64,000 nt of DNA, taken from the NCBI RefSeq assembly GCF_006345805.1, contig NC_042998.1:102052001-102116000 (forward strand), read 5' to 3'. Source of the stretch: Octopus sinensis (Eukaryota). The position numbers and the translations under genes were made by a program. Positions 52,617-64,000 of this stretch are shown here, piece after piece (positions within the stretch are counted from its first letter, which is position 1; each line of letters starts with the position of its first letter). The notes below the pieces were generated by a model. That model was given only the letters and a program-made list of their open reading frames with translations. It was not told where the DNA came from and searched no databases.

Positions 52617-55230
52617 ACAGAAAGGGACCACCGCACATGTTGTAGATGGAGCAAGGAAATTAATGCTGTTGTCATTGAATGTTACTACCTGTGCAGCCCG
52701 TTAGATGAAAATGGTGCTCAAATTAGGGGTTACCGACAATGTATGTATGATCACTGGAAAGAAAAGGGATTGTTTCACCTCACGGAACAGAGATTATGTG
52801 ATCAAGCTAGAGCAATGAAAAAAATTTTAGTTCACAGACGTAGAGCACGAAGCTATCAAAAGACGGGTCATGGAAAATAGCAGCAGAGATAACAATGAAG
52901 CTACAATTCTTACAAATAAGAGTAATCATATAGCACAGGAACGGAGCAGTGGTAGTTCACTTGATGACAGACATATAGATGATGTAAAAGAAGACAATAA
53001 ACTTATGAGGACATGACAGATGAACAAAAGGCAATTTATGACAGAATAAAGGTAAGTCTACAGGAGAACGATAGCGGCATTTATTGCACCCTTAAAAAGG
53101 TTGATCGATGGAAATTGAACCAAGAAACGACAACTGTAAATGAAATTGTGAAATATATCAGAACAAACAACATCACAGAAACAAATAATTTGATCAAGGC
53201 AGCAAGTATTATTGTAGCAGAAAACGTGGGTGCCGATGTCAAGAAAATGAAACATAATGGGAGTGGCAAAAGAAAAGATCCATGGTGGAAAAGAAGAATC
53301 CAGGCAGAGTTAGAAATACTCTCGACCGAAAAGAGAAAGGGGAGCTTAAAAGCTAACAAAAATACAGGATGCTGAAAGGGAAGTATAATATTGAAAGAAA
53401 GGGTCTGAAAGTAGTAGTAGAGGAACCGAAACAGCGCTTCGTTGCAAAGGAAGCAAAGAGATTCTATCAAGAAATAAATGAAGAGTGTGTATACAGATGA
53501 ACAGTTGATACCATTGAAAGTCAAAGGTTTTGGAGTGACATCTGGAGCGAAGACAATGAGCACAAGAAGGATGCTGAATGGTTGCCAGAACTGAAACAAA
53601 CTGTAGTCTATCCAAAACAGGTCAAACTAGTAACTTCAGCTAGGGAAGTGAAGGAAATAAGCAAAAAATAAACAACTGGAAGACCCCGGGACCAGATGGG
53701 GTTCAAGGCTACTGGATCAAACGATTTGACAAAGTAACACCGACCAAGTAACACCAGAGTGCTTGACATTGGGTAGGGCAGTGCTGTGCCTGAAAATAAT
53801 CAAAAAAGGCAATACGGTAGACAATTACAAGCCGATATCCTGTTTGCTACTTATGTGGAAGCTATTAAGTGGAATACTCGTAGAGTCAATGTACGAACAT
53901 CTGGAAAAAATGGATTCCTGCGACATGAATAGAAGGGCTGCAAGTGTAAGTGCAGAGGTACCAAGGATCAACCCCTGATAGAAAAAATTGCATTTAGAGT
54001 CTGCAAGAGGAGGAAAAGTAACTTAGCCATGTCATGGATCGACTATCGTAAGGCGTACGATATGATCCCACATTCTTGGATTATGGTGTGTATGAACCTA
54101 TTTGGTATTGCATCGAATGTTAAGCGATTGCTTGGGAAAATATGGCGAGTTGGAGGACGGAAATGACAGCATACGGAAGAAGCTTCGGGGCAGTAGAAAT
54201 CAGGTGGGCATCTTCCAAGGGGACTGCCTGTCGCCACTGATCTTTGTACTGCGCTTGAAACCGCTAACTGTGATTCTGAAGGAGTCATTTAAAAGCCGCC
54301 AACAAAAGGTCAACCATTTATTATTCATGGATGACCTCAAACTTTATGGTAAAGATGAAGCCCAAGTCAGTTCCCTCGTGTTGATACGATGTATACTTTC
54401 AGTGCTGATATGGAAATGTAGTTCGGACAGAGAAAGTGCGATGTTTTAGTATTGAAGAAAGGCAAAATCAAATGTATGGACGGGCTAACGATACCGCAGG
54501 GGGAGGTTATGAAGCAGATAGAAGAGACAGGCTATAAGTACTTGGGGATTTTGGAAATGGATAAATTGATGGAGAAAGAAATGAGAGAAAAATTTAAAGT
54601 AGAGTAATTGCGCAGACTAAGACTCATTCCTAAGTCGAAATTAAATGGACGGAATAAGATCGTAGCTATCAATACCTGGGCGGTTTCACTCCTTAGATAT
54701 AGAGCATAGGTACTCGCATGGACAGTAAACGAACTAAACAGCTTAAACAGGAATAAAAGGAAGTTGCTAACTATATATGGGTCATTCCACGCAAAAAGGG
54801 ACACAGGCAGACTGTATGTACCAAAAAAATGTGGGGAAAGAGGACTTATTGGATGCAAACGCAGCATTAGAGCAGAAGAAATCAACATAGCTGGTATGTA
54901 AAAAATGCTACAGAACCGCTATTATTAGAAGGTCAGGCTTGTGTAGAATGAAAGATTGCAAAGATAATGCACTATACGAAAATGGAAGGTACGTGGGTAA
55001 AGAAAAGAATGCATGGTCAATTTCATAGGGATGTTGAAGATAAGACGGACAGAGAAAAAAGATGGCTGTGGATAATTAAAATTAATTTAAAACCAGAAAC
55101 GGAGGCCCTAATATTTGCTGTCCAAGAGCAAGCACTAAGAACAATCTACATAAAATACAGAATAGACAACACAGCTGAAAGTGATAAGTGCAGAATCTGT
55201 GGACAAAACGCTGAAACCGTATTGCGTATT
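52380..55230 (+). mobile_element. Second R4/Dong-family retrotransposon, near full length but degenerate and 3'-truncated
   Basis: N-terminal 'VIECYYLC.P...GYRQ', then 'DPWWKRRI', 'PGPDGVQGYW', 'NYKPISCL', 'WIDYRKAYD', 'GIFQGDCLSP', 'LFMDDLKLY' and 'CRICGQNAETV'. Confidence 0.9.
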
Positions 55231-55979
55231 ACCTTCTGCAGCTTCCAAGAAGAAACGGCTCCAAAGGAGTAAAACCATATTAGTTGAGATGAAGCGCACC
55301 GATAACAAAGCGTTGACGAGAAGGCAGAATAAAAGGATATATGCAAGTAATTGAATAAGTTTGCCTGACGGTAGCAGGAGCAATTTACGCCGTCAGAAAC
55401 CAACTTCATTCATGGTATGGTCTGCCGTTGCATTCGATAAGTCCTAGTCTCGTTTGATCTTAATCAATGCTGGCATCAACGTCAACAGTGAAGTGCATGT
55501 GGAAATGTTGAATATGAAGGTGTTATCCTTGATCACAGGAACTTTTGATGACTGTTACATCTTCTCTCAAGACGGGGCTTCGGGACACATCCAATTTCAC
55601 ACAGAAGTAGTACAAAGAGTATTTAAGCAGCTTTAGGGAAAATATGATGTGGCCTCCCTCAAGTCGGATATCAATCCCATGGACTTTGCTCTCTAATCCA
55701 TCTCAGAGAATAATGTTTCTTCTTATTCCTATTCAAAAATGTCAGATCTGGAAAAAGCCCTTCTCTCTTCATGGGTCAAGTCGGATGAGGAGGTGGTACA
55801 TGCTCATGCAGCTGAGTGAGTACTCGTTTGCTGTCTAACATCAATACAAACAGTGGTCATTATGAAATGTAATTTCTGCAGTGGATTGACAATTTACCTT
55901 AAAATGTATGTGCCAAATTTCATTATGCTACCTTAAGTTTATTTTGAATAATTAAGAAATATCTTTTTGGGACACTCTA
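55230..55979 (+). mobile_element. Tc1/mariner (maT/DD37D-like) transposase 3' relic
   Basis: 'MVWSAV', 'NVNSEVHVEML..KVL', 'IFSQDGA.GH' and 'MWPPSS.DINPMDF'. Ends in TIR-like TTTTGGGACACTCTA. Confidence 0.75.
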
Positions 55980-57290
55980 TTTTTCTTAGAACTTTTAACT
56001 ATAAACCGAATTGTTTTGCTGAATATTCATTTGATCAATATTGTTAGTCTTTCTATCTTATATTCACTTTGTCAGCTATAGACAGACAAACGAAATGAGC
56101 AACAGGTAATGCACAATATATTGAGTGATTACATATAGTATCATGAGGTCCACTTAGAAAATAAATAATTATTCATATTTTTCAAGTAAAATGAAGATGC
56201 ATGGTAGAAAATTCACTTCAATTCCAACTCTATAGCTGAGAGAATTGATTAGCGAGAAGGTCTGCAGTAAATGCATATATTTTCTTTATTATTGTTTCGG
56301 TGGTTGGACACATTTTTCACGTCGGCTAGTGTACAACTAGTCTGTCGATATTCAGTTGCTGTGTTTTGTCTTCTAAGTACAAGTCTGTAGACGTCTTTCT
56401 TTCACTTTCATCTATCTGTAATTTATAAATACAGTACTAGTCTAGCATGGGATCGATTTAATCAACATATAATCTCCTCCAAATTTCTTGCATTGGTCTA
56501 TGTCAGAAATTATTAATTCGTGTGTATATTAAATATTATACTATGGCTTTAGAAAACAATCGAAGAACATGAGGTTGTTTATCTGGGATTGTTAATTTTT
56601 AGAAATGAGGAAAATTTCAAAGTTTGCAAATAGCTTGCGCATAATTCTCAGAATATCTTTAAAAGGAGTAGCGTCGAAAAACCTGTTGAGAATCTCGTGC
56701 TTGCGGAACAAATATCCTTTTAAAAACTAATTTGTTGTGTTTTTGACAACAACATTTACCCATTTTAATCTTTTTTGCATTTGTTTTAGGGTTTACCATA
56801 TTCAAGCATTTATACTATTTATATTTTATCGTTTTCTGTCCAAAAATATGTTATTTGTATTCTGAATATGATAAATGAAAATGTTGCATCATTTACTTCC
56901 CTAACAAACAGAAGAAAACAATTAATTCATTATTGTAAAGTGTATATCTCAAAATATCTTGCATAAATATAAAGATTTTATCAAGAATACATTACATAGC
57001 GTAAAAGTTTGAGTTATATTTGAGAAATGTGGCTGAGAAAATTACATGTTTGACTTCAGAATCTAGTCGTACATTGTGAACAGTTAATTACAGGAAAGGC
57101 ATGTATTGCAAAACTATTTTTCATTTGCAGGTCAGACATAAAGAAGTCATATGCAGCCAACATTTTCATTATTAACAATATACAAATGTATAAGAGATAA
57201 GAGTGAATGAATATATAAAAGTTATAGTAATATTGTGTTTCAAATCAGAGGCAGGTGATAAATTAAGAATGTATGCCAATACTGCCCGTA

Positions 57291-58570
57291 TCAGGACAAT
57301 TAACCCCTTGGACAATTACCCCCACCCACCCACTAATTACGATTCCTCCTGACACCAACTTCCCCCTAGAACAATTAACCTCCTTGGTTTATTACCCCCT
57401 CTCCAATATATTAAGAGGTTTTAAATCTTCGTCTAAAAATGCAAATTATATGCGATTCCTAGGAAATGTATCACATTTATGTTTTCATAATTGCTAACTA
57501 CGGCATTAACACAGGCTGAAACATCTAACGATTTCTTTCTAGGTGGCTGTTTAGCAAAACCCGTCAAGGATTGAGTCATAAGCACTTGTAATGCGTGTTC
57601 TCTTTTGATATATTTTTAAAACTTCCAAATGCTTGTGTGGCAACAACCAGCATTTGATAAAAACATTCCTATGCCACCCTTCCACAGCATTGTTCTTGTA
57701 AGTTCATCCGACGTTCCGTTGTACACATTTCATAGATTCATTCGAAAAACTTGTTCTCGCCGTCTTCCTCTTCCACATGGTCGCTCTAAGTATGTATCCT
57801 CAAAGTAAACTTGCAAGGGATATGTTGCTGGTGGAAGTTATTTCACAAAGGGTTTCAAAATTGTTTTCAACATTATAAGTAGGAACAGAAGATAAAGCAG
57901 CAATCATTCTCACAGAGATTGGACACTCTTTATCCTTTTGGTATCGCTGTTTAAATCCGTGAAATTGAATGTTCCTTTGGCTAAAGTGACAACAACGACC
58001 GTTTATCTTGGCATGAGGAAATGCCAAATATAAACTATTAATTATGTCCTTTTCAAAATCTACCATGATAGTTTTAGGTGCTCCAGAAAAGTAGTTTGGT
58101 TTTTATCAGGATACAGAGTATAAATTAATGGCATTGGACTATAATCAACAACAAACGCGTTATGTCAGTATTAAAGTCTTTATTAGATAACAAATATCAT
58201 TATCAAAACATGAAGGTAAAAAACAGAACAAATATGTTGTCTTTTCTTCTAGCCAAGAATGTACTGTAGCAGTAACTTTACGTGGTCACCGACCGACCTT
58301 TCTTCTGAAAAGATCAGTGGAATCAGTCGATCTCCATACACAAATTATTTTCCTCCTGCAACTTACAAAAAATACACACATTAGGCGCGCCCTTCTCTAA
58401 GCCGCACACTAAATTTCCCAGGTAGCGGCTTATACACCGGCAAATACGGTACATATCGGGGTTTAACTGCTTAGGGGTAATTGTTCTAAGGGGTTGTTGT
58501 CCTCGGGTGTAATTATCCCTTGTGGGTGGGTGGAGGTTTTGGTAATTGTCCATGGAGGCAAATGTCGTAG
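57291..58570 (-). mobile_element. MULE/Mutator DNA transposon relic
   Basis: 'MVDFEK..IN....FP.AKINGRCCHFSQ', 'MIAALS.VP', 'FEDTY' and 'NNAVEGWH'. Long imperfect TIRs built from GGACAATTACCCC-like units at 57291-57400 and 58455-58570. Confidence 0.85.
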
Positions 58571-60844
58571 ACTCATATTGCCGGGATCTATGACAGCAGA
58601 ATACCATTATTGAGGATATTAAGCATTATACTTTATCAGTGAGAAATCCATGTTTTTTAGCTGACAGCATCAATATTAGAAAACAATAATTTCTGCTTTC
58701 AATGGAGTTCTAGATATATAGGTTTTTTATTATGAAGACTTGAAATATAAAAAAAAATGAGGAGCCAGTGTAAATGTTTTTCAAGAATTTGTATAGATTA
58801 TATGCCAAGACACCAAATAAGCGTCATGAAATATAGTCTTCAGCTTCTAAATGATGTCTTAGCCACCTGTATATTTTACTATCGTTTGTTCCCCTTAGAT
58901 GCTTCCTTTTCTGTTTAGTTTTGTGTTTCGCATTTCCTATTCATTCTTAATTCCATTGCATTTTTTCTTTATCTTCATTTCTTTTTCCTTTCGATATTTA
59001 TTACGCATTTTTGGATTTTATTCATTTTCGCAGCATTTTTTCACGATACTCACTGTTTATAGTTTTTTAACATATCTCTTATCATCTATTTCTGTTTTTG
59101 TCATATGTACTGTTATAATTTAGAAATATTCGTTTTATTAATCATTTATTTATTATTATCTCTTGTTTCTCCCGGAATCACTTCCATCATATTTTGCAGT
59201 CAAAAGAAAATATCTTTCAGTATCGTATTTCTCACTATCATTATTTGTGTTATATTTGCTTTTTTGCTTTTATTCTCTCGTTAATATCTTGTTTCTTCTG
59301 CAGCATCTCCTGACTGCTTTCTTTTATTTTTTCCGTTACGTTTGGCGGGTTAGTATTCTTCATTCTTTCTAATCTCTCATTATCGTTCAAATTATCTCTT
59401 ACCTTTGTGCGTCTCTTTGATTCTGATCGATCTCCTCAAAGTCCATTTCAATTATTATTTCCTTTTCCATGTCTTTGTGAAATTATTTTTCTAACATCCA
59501 AGGTTTATGGGTACAACACGTGTCCGATTTCCTCAGCGCACGACATTACACGGGTATGAGTGATATGAGATACACTTCTAAATAATCTATACATATTCCT
59601 TCGACTAAAATATAAAATAGAAACAAAATAAAATCTTTGGATATAAGTCTGCAGAGTTCTGATTTACTTTGTTGAAGGGTACGCCAGTAATATGCAAACA
59701 AAATACACATACACACATGCTCAAGCATGAACGCATATGACAGTTCGTTTGTAAAATCTGCTATGTCTTTGCAAGACAAAAATTAAAAACAAGATGCATT
59801 GAATAACTAATTAAATATAATAAAAAAAGAAAATGGAGAAAGCTGTAAAGTAAGGAAACAGAAGACAAAGATGCTTAAATGTTAATCCGCGTCGTTTGAG
59901 TTCAATGAAAACAATGATTTCGACTAAGGAGTATTTCAATAGCAAACACATCTGTCAGGGAGTCAGTGAATCACAACATCTCACGCCTTTATTACATACC
60001 CTGTGCATATCATTCAAGAAAAATGACAGTATTTATCGTTGCAAGTATATGATATTCAACCGCGGCATTTGAAATGTCCGCGCTTATTTAATGGCTGGAA
60101 TTTCAGTCAAAAGTAACAAAGATGACCATGACTGGTTCCGCAGAATGACAATAACTACGTTGTTGCTCGTAAATGGATCGGGAAGCGTGATATTTCCCGC
60201 TTCTCCCACACAATTCAAGTGCATGAAATTACGGTAGTGGCTGTGTTTCATTGTCGTTGCTTTGCAGAATACTTCAATCATCCTAAAAACACCATTTTGA
60301 TTGTAATTGTGAGTTTACCAGTTATGAGTCAAGGAATGAATTGAAAGTTTCTTCTTAAGTGAGAACACACTATACACATATCTGGATCATCATTTCGATC
60401 TCAAAAAAACGCCAATTGGCAAGAAAAAAATGAAGCCTTTTGAGTTTGCATGAGAATGTTGTTGATAAAGAAAGTAGTAGAAAAGATTCCCAAACGGCGG
60501 TTTGCCAGGTGGCGAGGTGCGTCTCCAGGTCATGAAACAGATGCTCGGCATCGTGACTCGTAGTCCATCATGACGATATATTGCACGAGTCATCTGCAAT
60601 TGATCCTTTCAGAGACTTACTGCAACCAAACTATGGAAGAAAAATGGCTTCCTCTATATTCTATTTGTATGAAATGCAGATGCGACTAAATTTACATCCA
60701 TACACACACGCGCATACGTACATGTATATGTGTATGTATGTGTGAGTGTATGCATTTGTGCATGTATGTATGAATGTATGTATGAGTGTGTGTGTGTGTT
60801 TGTGTGTATATATATGTAGGAATATATATATGTATATATATTTG

Positions 60845-60892
<48 letters not shown>

Positions 60893-61006
60893 TATATTAT
60901 ATATATATATATATTTGTATATATTATATATATATAATATATATTATATAATTTGTATATATATATATATATTATATATATATATAATATATATATATAT
61001 ATAATA

Positions 61007-61048
<42 letters not shown>

Positions 61049-61059
61049 TATATATATAT

Positions 61060-61093
<34 letters not shown>

Positions 61094-61095
<2 letters not shown>

Positions 61096-61317
61096 GCGAG
61101 CTGGCAGAAACGTTAGCACGCCGGGCGAAATGCTTAGCCGTATTTCGTCTGCCGTTACGTTCTGGGTTCAAATTCCGCCGTGGTCGACTTTGCCTTTCAT
61201 CTTTTCGGGGTCGATAAATTAAGTACCAGTTACGCACTGGGGTCGATATAATCGACTTAATCCGTTTGTCTGTCCTCGTTTGTCCCCTCTGCGTTTAGCC
61301 CCTTGTGGGTAGTAAAG

Positions 61318-61320
<3 letters not shown>
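61094..61320 (+). mobile_element. tRNA-derived SINE family B, young copy in (TA)n
   Basis: TGGCAGAAACGTTAG (A-box-like), GGTTCAAATTCC (B box), and a body matching 23558-23762. Confidence 0.9.
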
Positions 61321-61351
<31 letters not shown>

Positions 61352-62564
61352 TTATAAATAAGGATAATATCGATATTATCAAGTGGCCAGCATGGAAATA
61401 AATACCATACAAAGGTAATAATTACAAATGTACCATACAGACACCCTTATTTTTAGTTATATATATTCATAATGATCATGCATACATATACATACACACA
61501 CACACACATATACATTCACCCTCGACTCTATGCATCTCTGCTAATTAAATATGTATTTATTTGTTTGTGTTTGTGTGTGTATGTGAGTGTGTGTTTGTGT
61601 AAATATGTGTAAGAATAGAAACAAATTTCATATTCATTGACGACAACTCGTGATCTCCGATGAACTAAATCGTTTATGGGTTGATCTGAAGCTTTAGGAA
61701 ACGTCTCTAGTTAAGTAATCCTCACCTGTAATGGAATAAAATATAACTTAGTTGCAAAGTAACCTTATTAGGCCCTCGACCATTTTATTTTCAAACTTTC
61801 TAAGCATACATATAATATGTTAAGGATGACCGTGCTTTTTGGCATGCTGCGCAAGACGATACAACTACAACTTTTCTGGTCGGAACCAGTAAGATGGTAA
61901 AATGTGTAAATCAGATTATATAAATAAGTTTAGAACAGATGCATTTAATGATGTATAAAAATATTCTCGAATAATTGAAAATTTTTTCTTAATTTAAAAA
62001 CGACAAAAAAAATGTAAAATCAAATTAATTTTTAAGGATTTTCAAATAAAGGAAAATAAGTTCGACAAATTAATAATTAATTTCACTAAATTAATTTACA
62101 GGCTTAAGGGGGAATTTGAAGTTTATTTGGGAAGCAGAGAGGAAATTATGGATCTTGTCGCACACAATATGACATAAACAATAAAATAATTAACAAATAT
62201 CCGAGTATATCATGCATAAACAATCAAATCGCCAATTTACACACGGCATATAGTAAAAGAATATGCAATACATTTCGTGCGTTGACATCAAAAATGTAAT
62301 AACGTTATGGAGCAGAAACAAATTTCATTATATACGACATCACGTTATATTAACAGCTACTATGCAAGTAATAATGCAACCACTCAGAGAATTGCAATTT
62401 AGTTCAGTATTTTGCCTTACAACCCGGTTCGAATTTCGATATCACTACGTCGTAACAATTTTGATATAGATTAAAATGTAAACCAGAACTTCCTCAAATT
62501 ATGTACCCCTAATTCTTAATGCTCTTAGACATAGCACAAGACTTTAAAACATACGTATCTTTTA

Positions 62565-62720
62565 TCTTTCACTCCTTGTTTCAGTCATTTGATTGCGACC
62601 ATGCTGGAACACCACCTCGAAGGGTTTTTGTCGAACCACTAGGTTACGTGGACCTAAACACATCAACACCTGTTGTCAAGCAGTGCTGAGGGTCAAGAAC
62701 AAACACAAAGACACACACAT
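62565..62720 (-). mobile_element. SINE family A, 3' half
   Basis: GTTTCAGTCATTTGATTGCGACCATGCTGGAACACC is the reverse complement of the SINE A tail. Confidence 0.8.
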
Positions 62721-62734
62721 ATACATATATATAT

Positions 62735-63218
62735 ATCGTGAAGTATATTTGCCACTTAATTGTGGCTAACCCTTAAGGGTGGATGCTACTGTAGCTTGTA
62801 TCCCCAGGAAGAAACCTCCTCCAGCTAGCTATTGAAACACTTTCTGTGCCCTATCAGTATTTGCATTTTTCCAAGATCAGTGACTTTTCGTTACTGGAAA
62901 AAGGATATATATATTGTCATTGGGAACCACTTCACATCGACAACCGGTAACTGTCACACGCTGATGACGAGCCAATGCCAAGAAACTCGGGTCCGTGTGT
63001 ATCACATCAGGTTGGAGATGGGAAGGTTGACTTCCCTATGGAAATACTGATAGGGCACAGAAAGTGTGTCAATAGCTAGCTGGAAGAGGTGTATTCCTGG
63101 GGCTACAAGCTACAGTAGTATCCATCCTTAAGGATTAGCCACATTTAAGTGGCAAATAGGCTTCACGATGTCGTGCAGCCACTGTTTATACCTTGCTCTG
63201 TAATATATTATTGCTTAT
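62735..63218 (+). mobile_element. Non-coding element: ~132-bp inverted repeats enclosing an HHR, plus 3' tail
   Basis: 62735-62866 approximates the reverse complement of 63038-63169. HHR at 62955-62999; tail to (TA)n. Confidence 0.85.
62955..62999 (+). ncRNA. Type I hammerhead ribozyme
   Basis: cacacg-CTGATGA-cgagccaatgccaa-GAAAC-tcgg-GTC-cgtgtg. Perfect 6-bp stem I; stem II is decayed. Confidence 0.8.
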
Positions 63219-63231
63219 ATATATATATAAG

Positions 63232-63264
<33 letters not shown>

Positions 63265-63267
63265 ACA

Positions 63268-63426
63268 TAGGCTTCTTTCAGTTTCCGTCTACCAAATCAA
63301 CTTACAAGGCTTTGGTCAGCCTGAGGCTAGAGTAAAAGAGACTTGCCCAAGTTTCGATGTGTCTGACTGAACCCAGTTACCTGGTTAGAAAGGAAGCTCC
63401 TTACCATTTAGCCACGTTTGCGACTA
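63268..63426 (-). mobile_element. SINE family A, 5' half
   Basis: GGCTTCTTTCAGTTTCCGTCTACCAAATC...CAAGGCTTTGGTC...ACTTGCCCAAG is the reverse complement of the SINE A head. Confidence 0.85.
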
Positions 63427-64000
63427 TGCATTCATCATATAGAAAGCACAAACAGTATTTTGTGCTTTATCAACATTTTGAAAAATAAAAGTATTCATGG
63501 CAACAACATATTACTTATATGTAATGAAAGGCTGTCAGAAGCTCTCCAATGATTCCTTTATGTACAACACATAACAGTCTCCATCCTATAACATTTCTAC
63601 TTCTAAATCTAACTAGTAATCATATCTATATGAGAAACATACGTAACCAATTACTCACGATCAAGTGAACATGCTTCTGTTTCAATGAACAAAGGACATC
63701 ACTAATGATAACGGCGAAGCAGTAACCTCCGTTACACACTGACATTGTCCGCGTCACCTGCATCCGACAGATACAGCTTATCTCTTATATCTCTTTGAAT
63801 GTGCCCGCACCCACTTCTTACATACAGGTATTTCTACATATACGTAAACAATTTAGTTTAGTCTGAATAGGTATTATGATGTATGCTTTTTCTACTGAAC
63901 TGCTTTGGCTAGAAATGTCACTTCTATTTCTAATAATTTTAACTTTCATTAGGTTGTGTTGAGAGAAAAATCATATGGACAGATAAAGAACAAGTAGAAA

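Noticed and set aside
58899-59372. Phe/Leu-rich ORFs
   Set aside because: Pyrimidine-rich low-complexity DNA, not credible coding sequence.
60084-60600. GC-richer segment as host exon(s)
   Set aside because: Short ORFs without recognisable similarity or convincing splice-site pairs.
61655-61710. CCGATGA...GAAACGTC as an HHR
   Set aside because: Mutated core and no stem I pairing; could be chance.

Overview
AT-rich, microsatellite-dense eukaryotic DNA. The SINE, LINE and microsatellite repertoire suggests a cephalopod such as Octopus (inference). I can support no intact host gene; most listed ORFs are (TA)n/(CA)n/triplet-repeat artefacts. The window is a nested pile of transposable elements: RTE and CR1-like LINE relics, R4/Dong REL-endonuclease retrotransposons in (TAA)n, two tRNA-derived SINE families, mariner DD34D, maT-like, MULE and hAT relics, and many Penelope-like element (PLE) derivatives. 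The main signal, not visible in the ORF track, is about 13 type I hammerhead ribozyme (HHR) motifs, roughly 8 near-canonical and the rest decayed. Most have palindromic stem III. They lie in PLE pseudo-LTRs and in short non-coding inverted/tandem-repeat elements inserted into (TA)n tracts; three such insertions split a SINE. Also notable: a disabled BAZ1B/WSTF fragment between two HHR elements, and a Naiad-type PLE with a TGA at a conserved Cys position (possible selenocysteine). All calls were made by eye, with no database searches; coordinates of degenerate elements are approximate.
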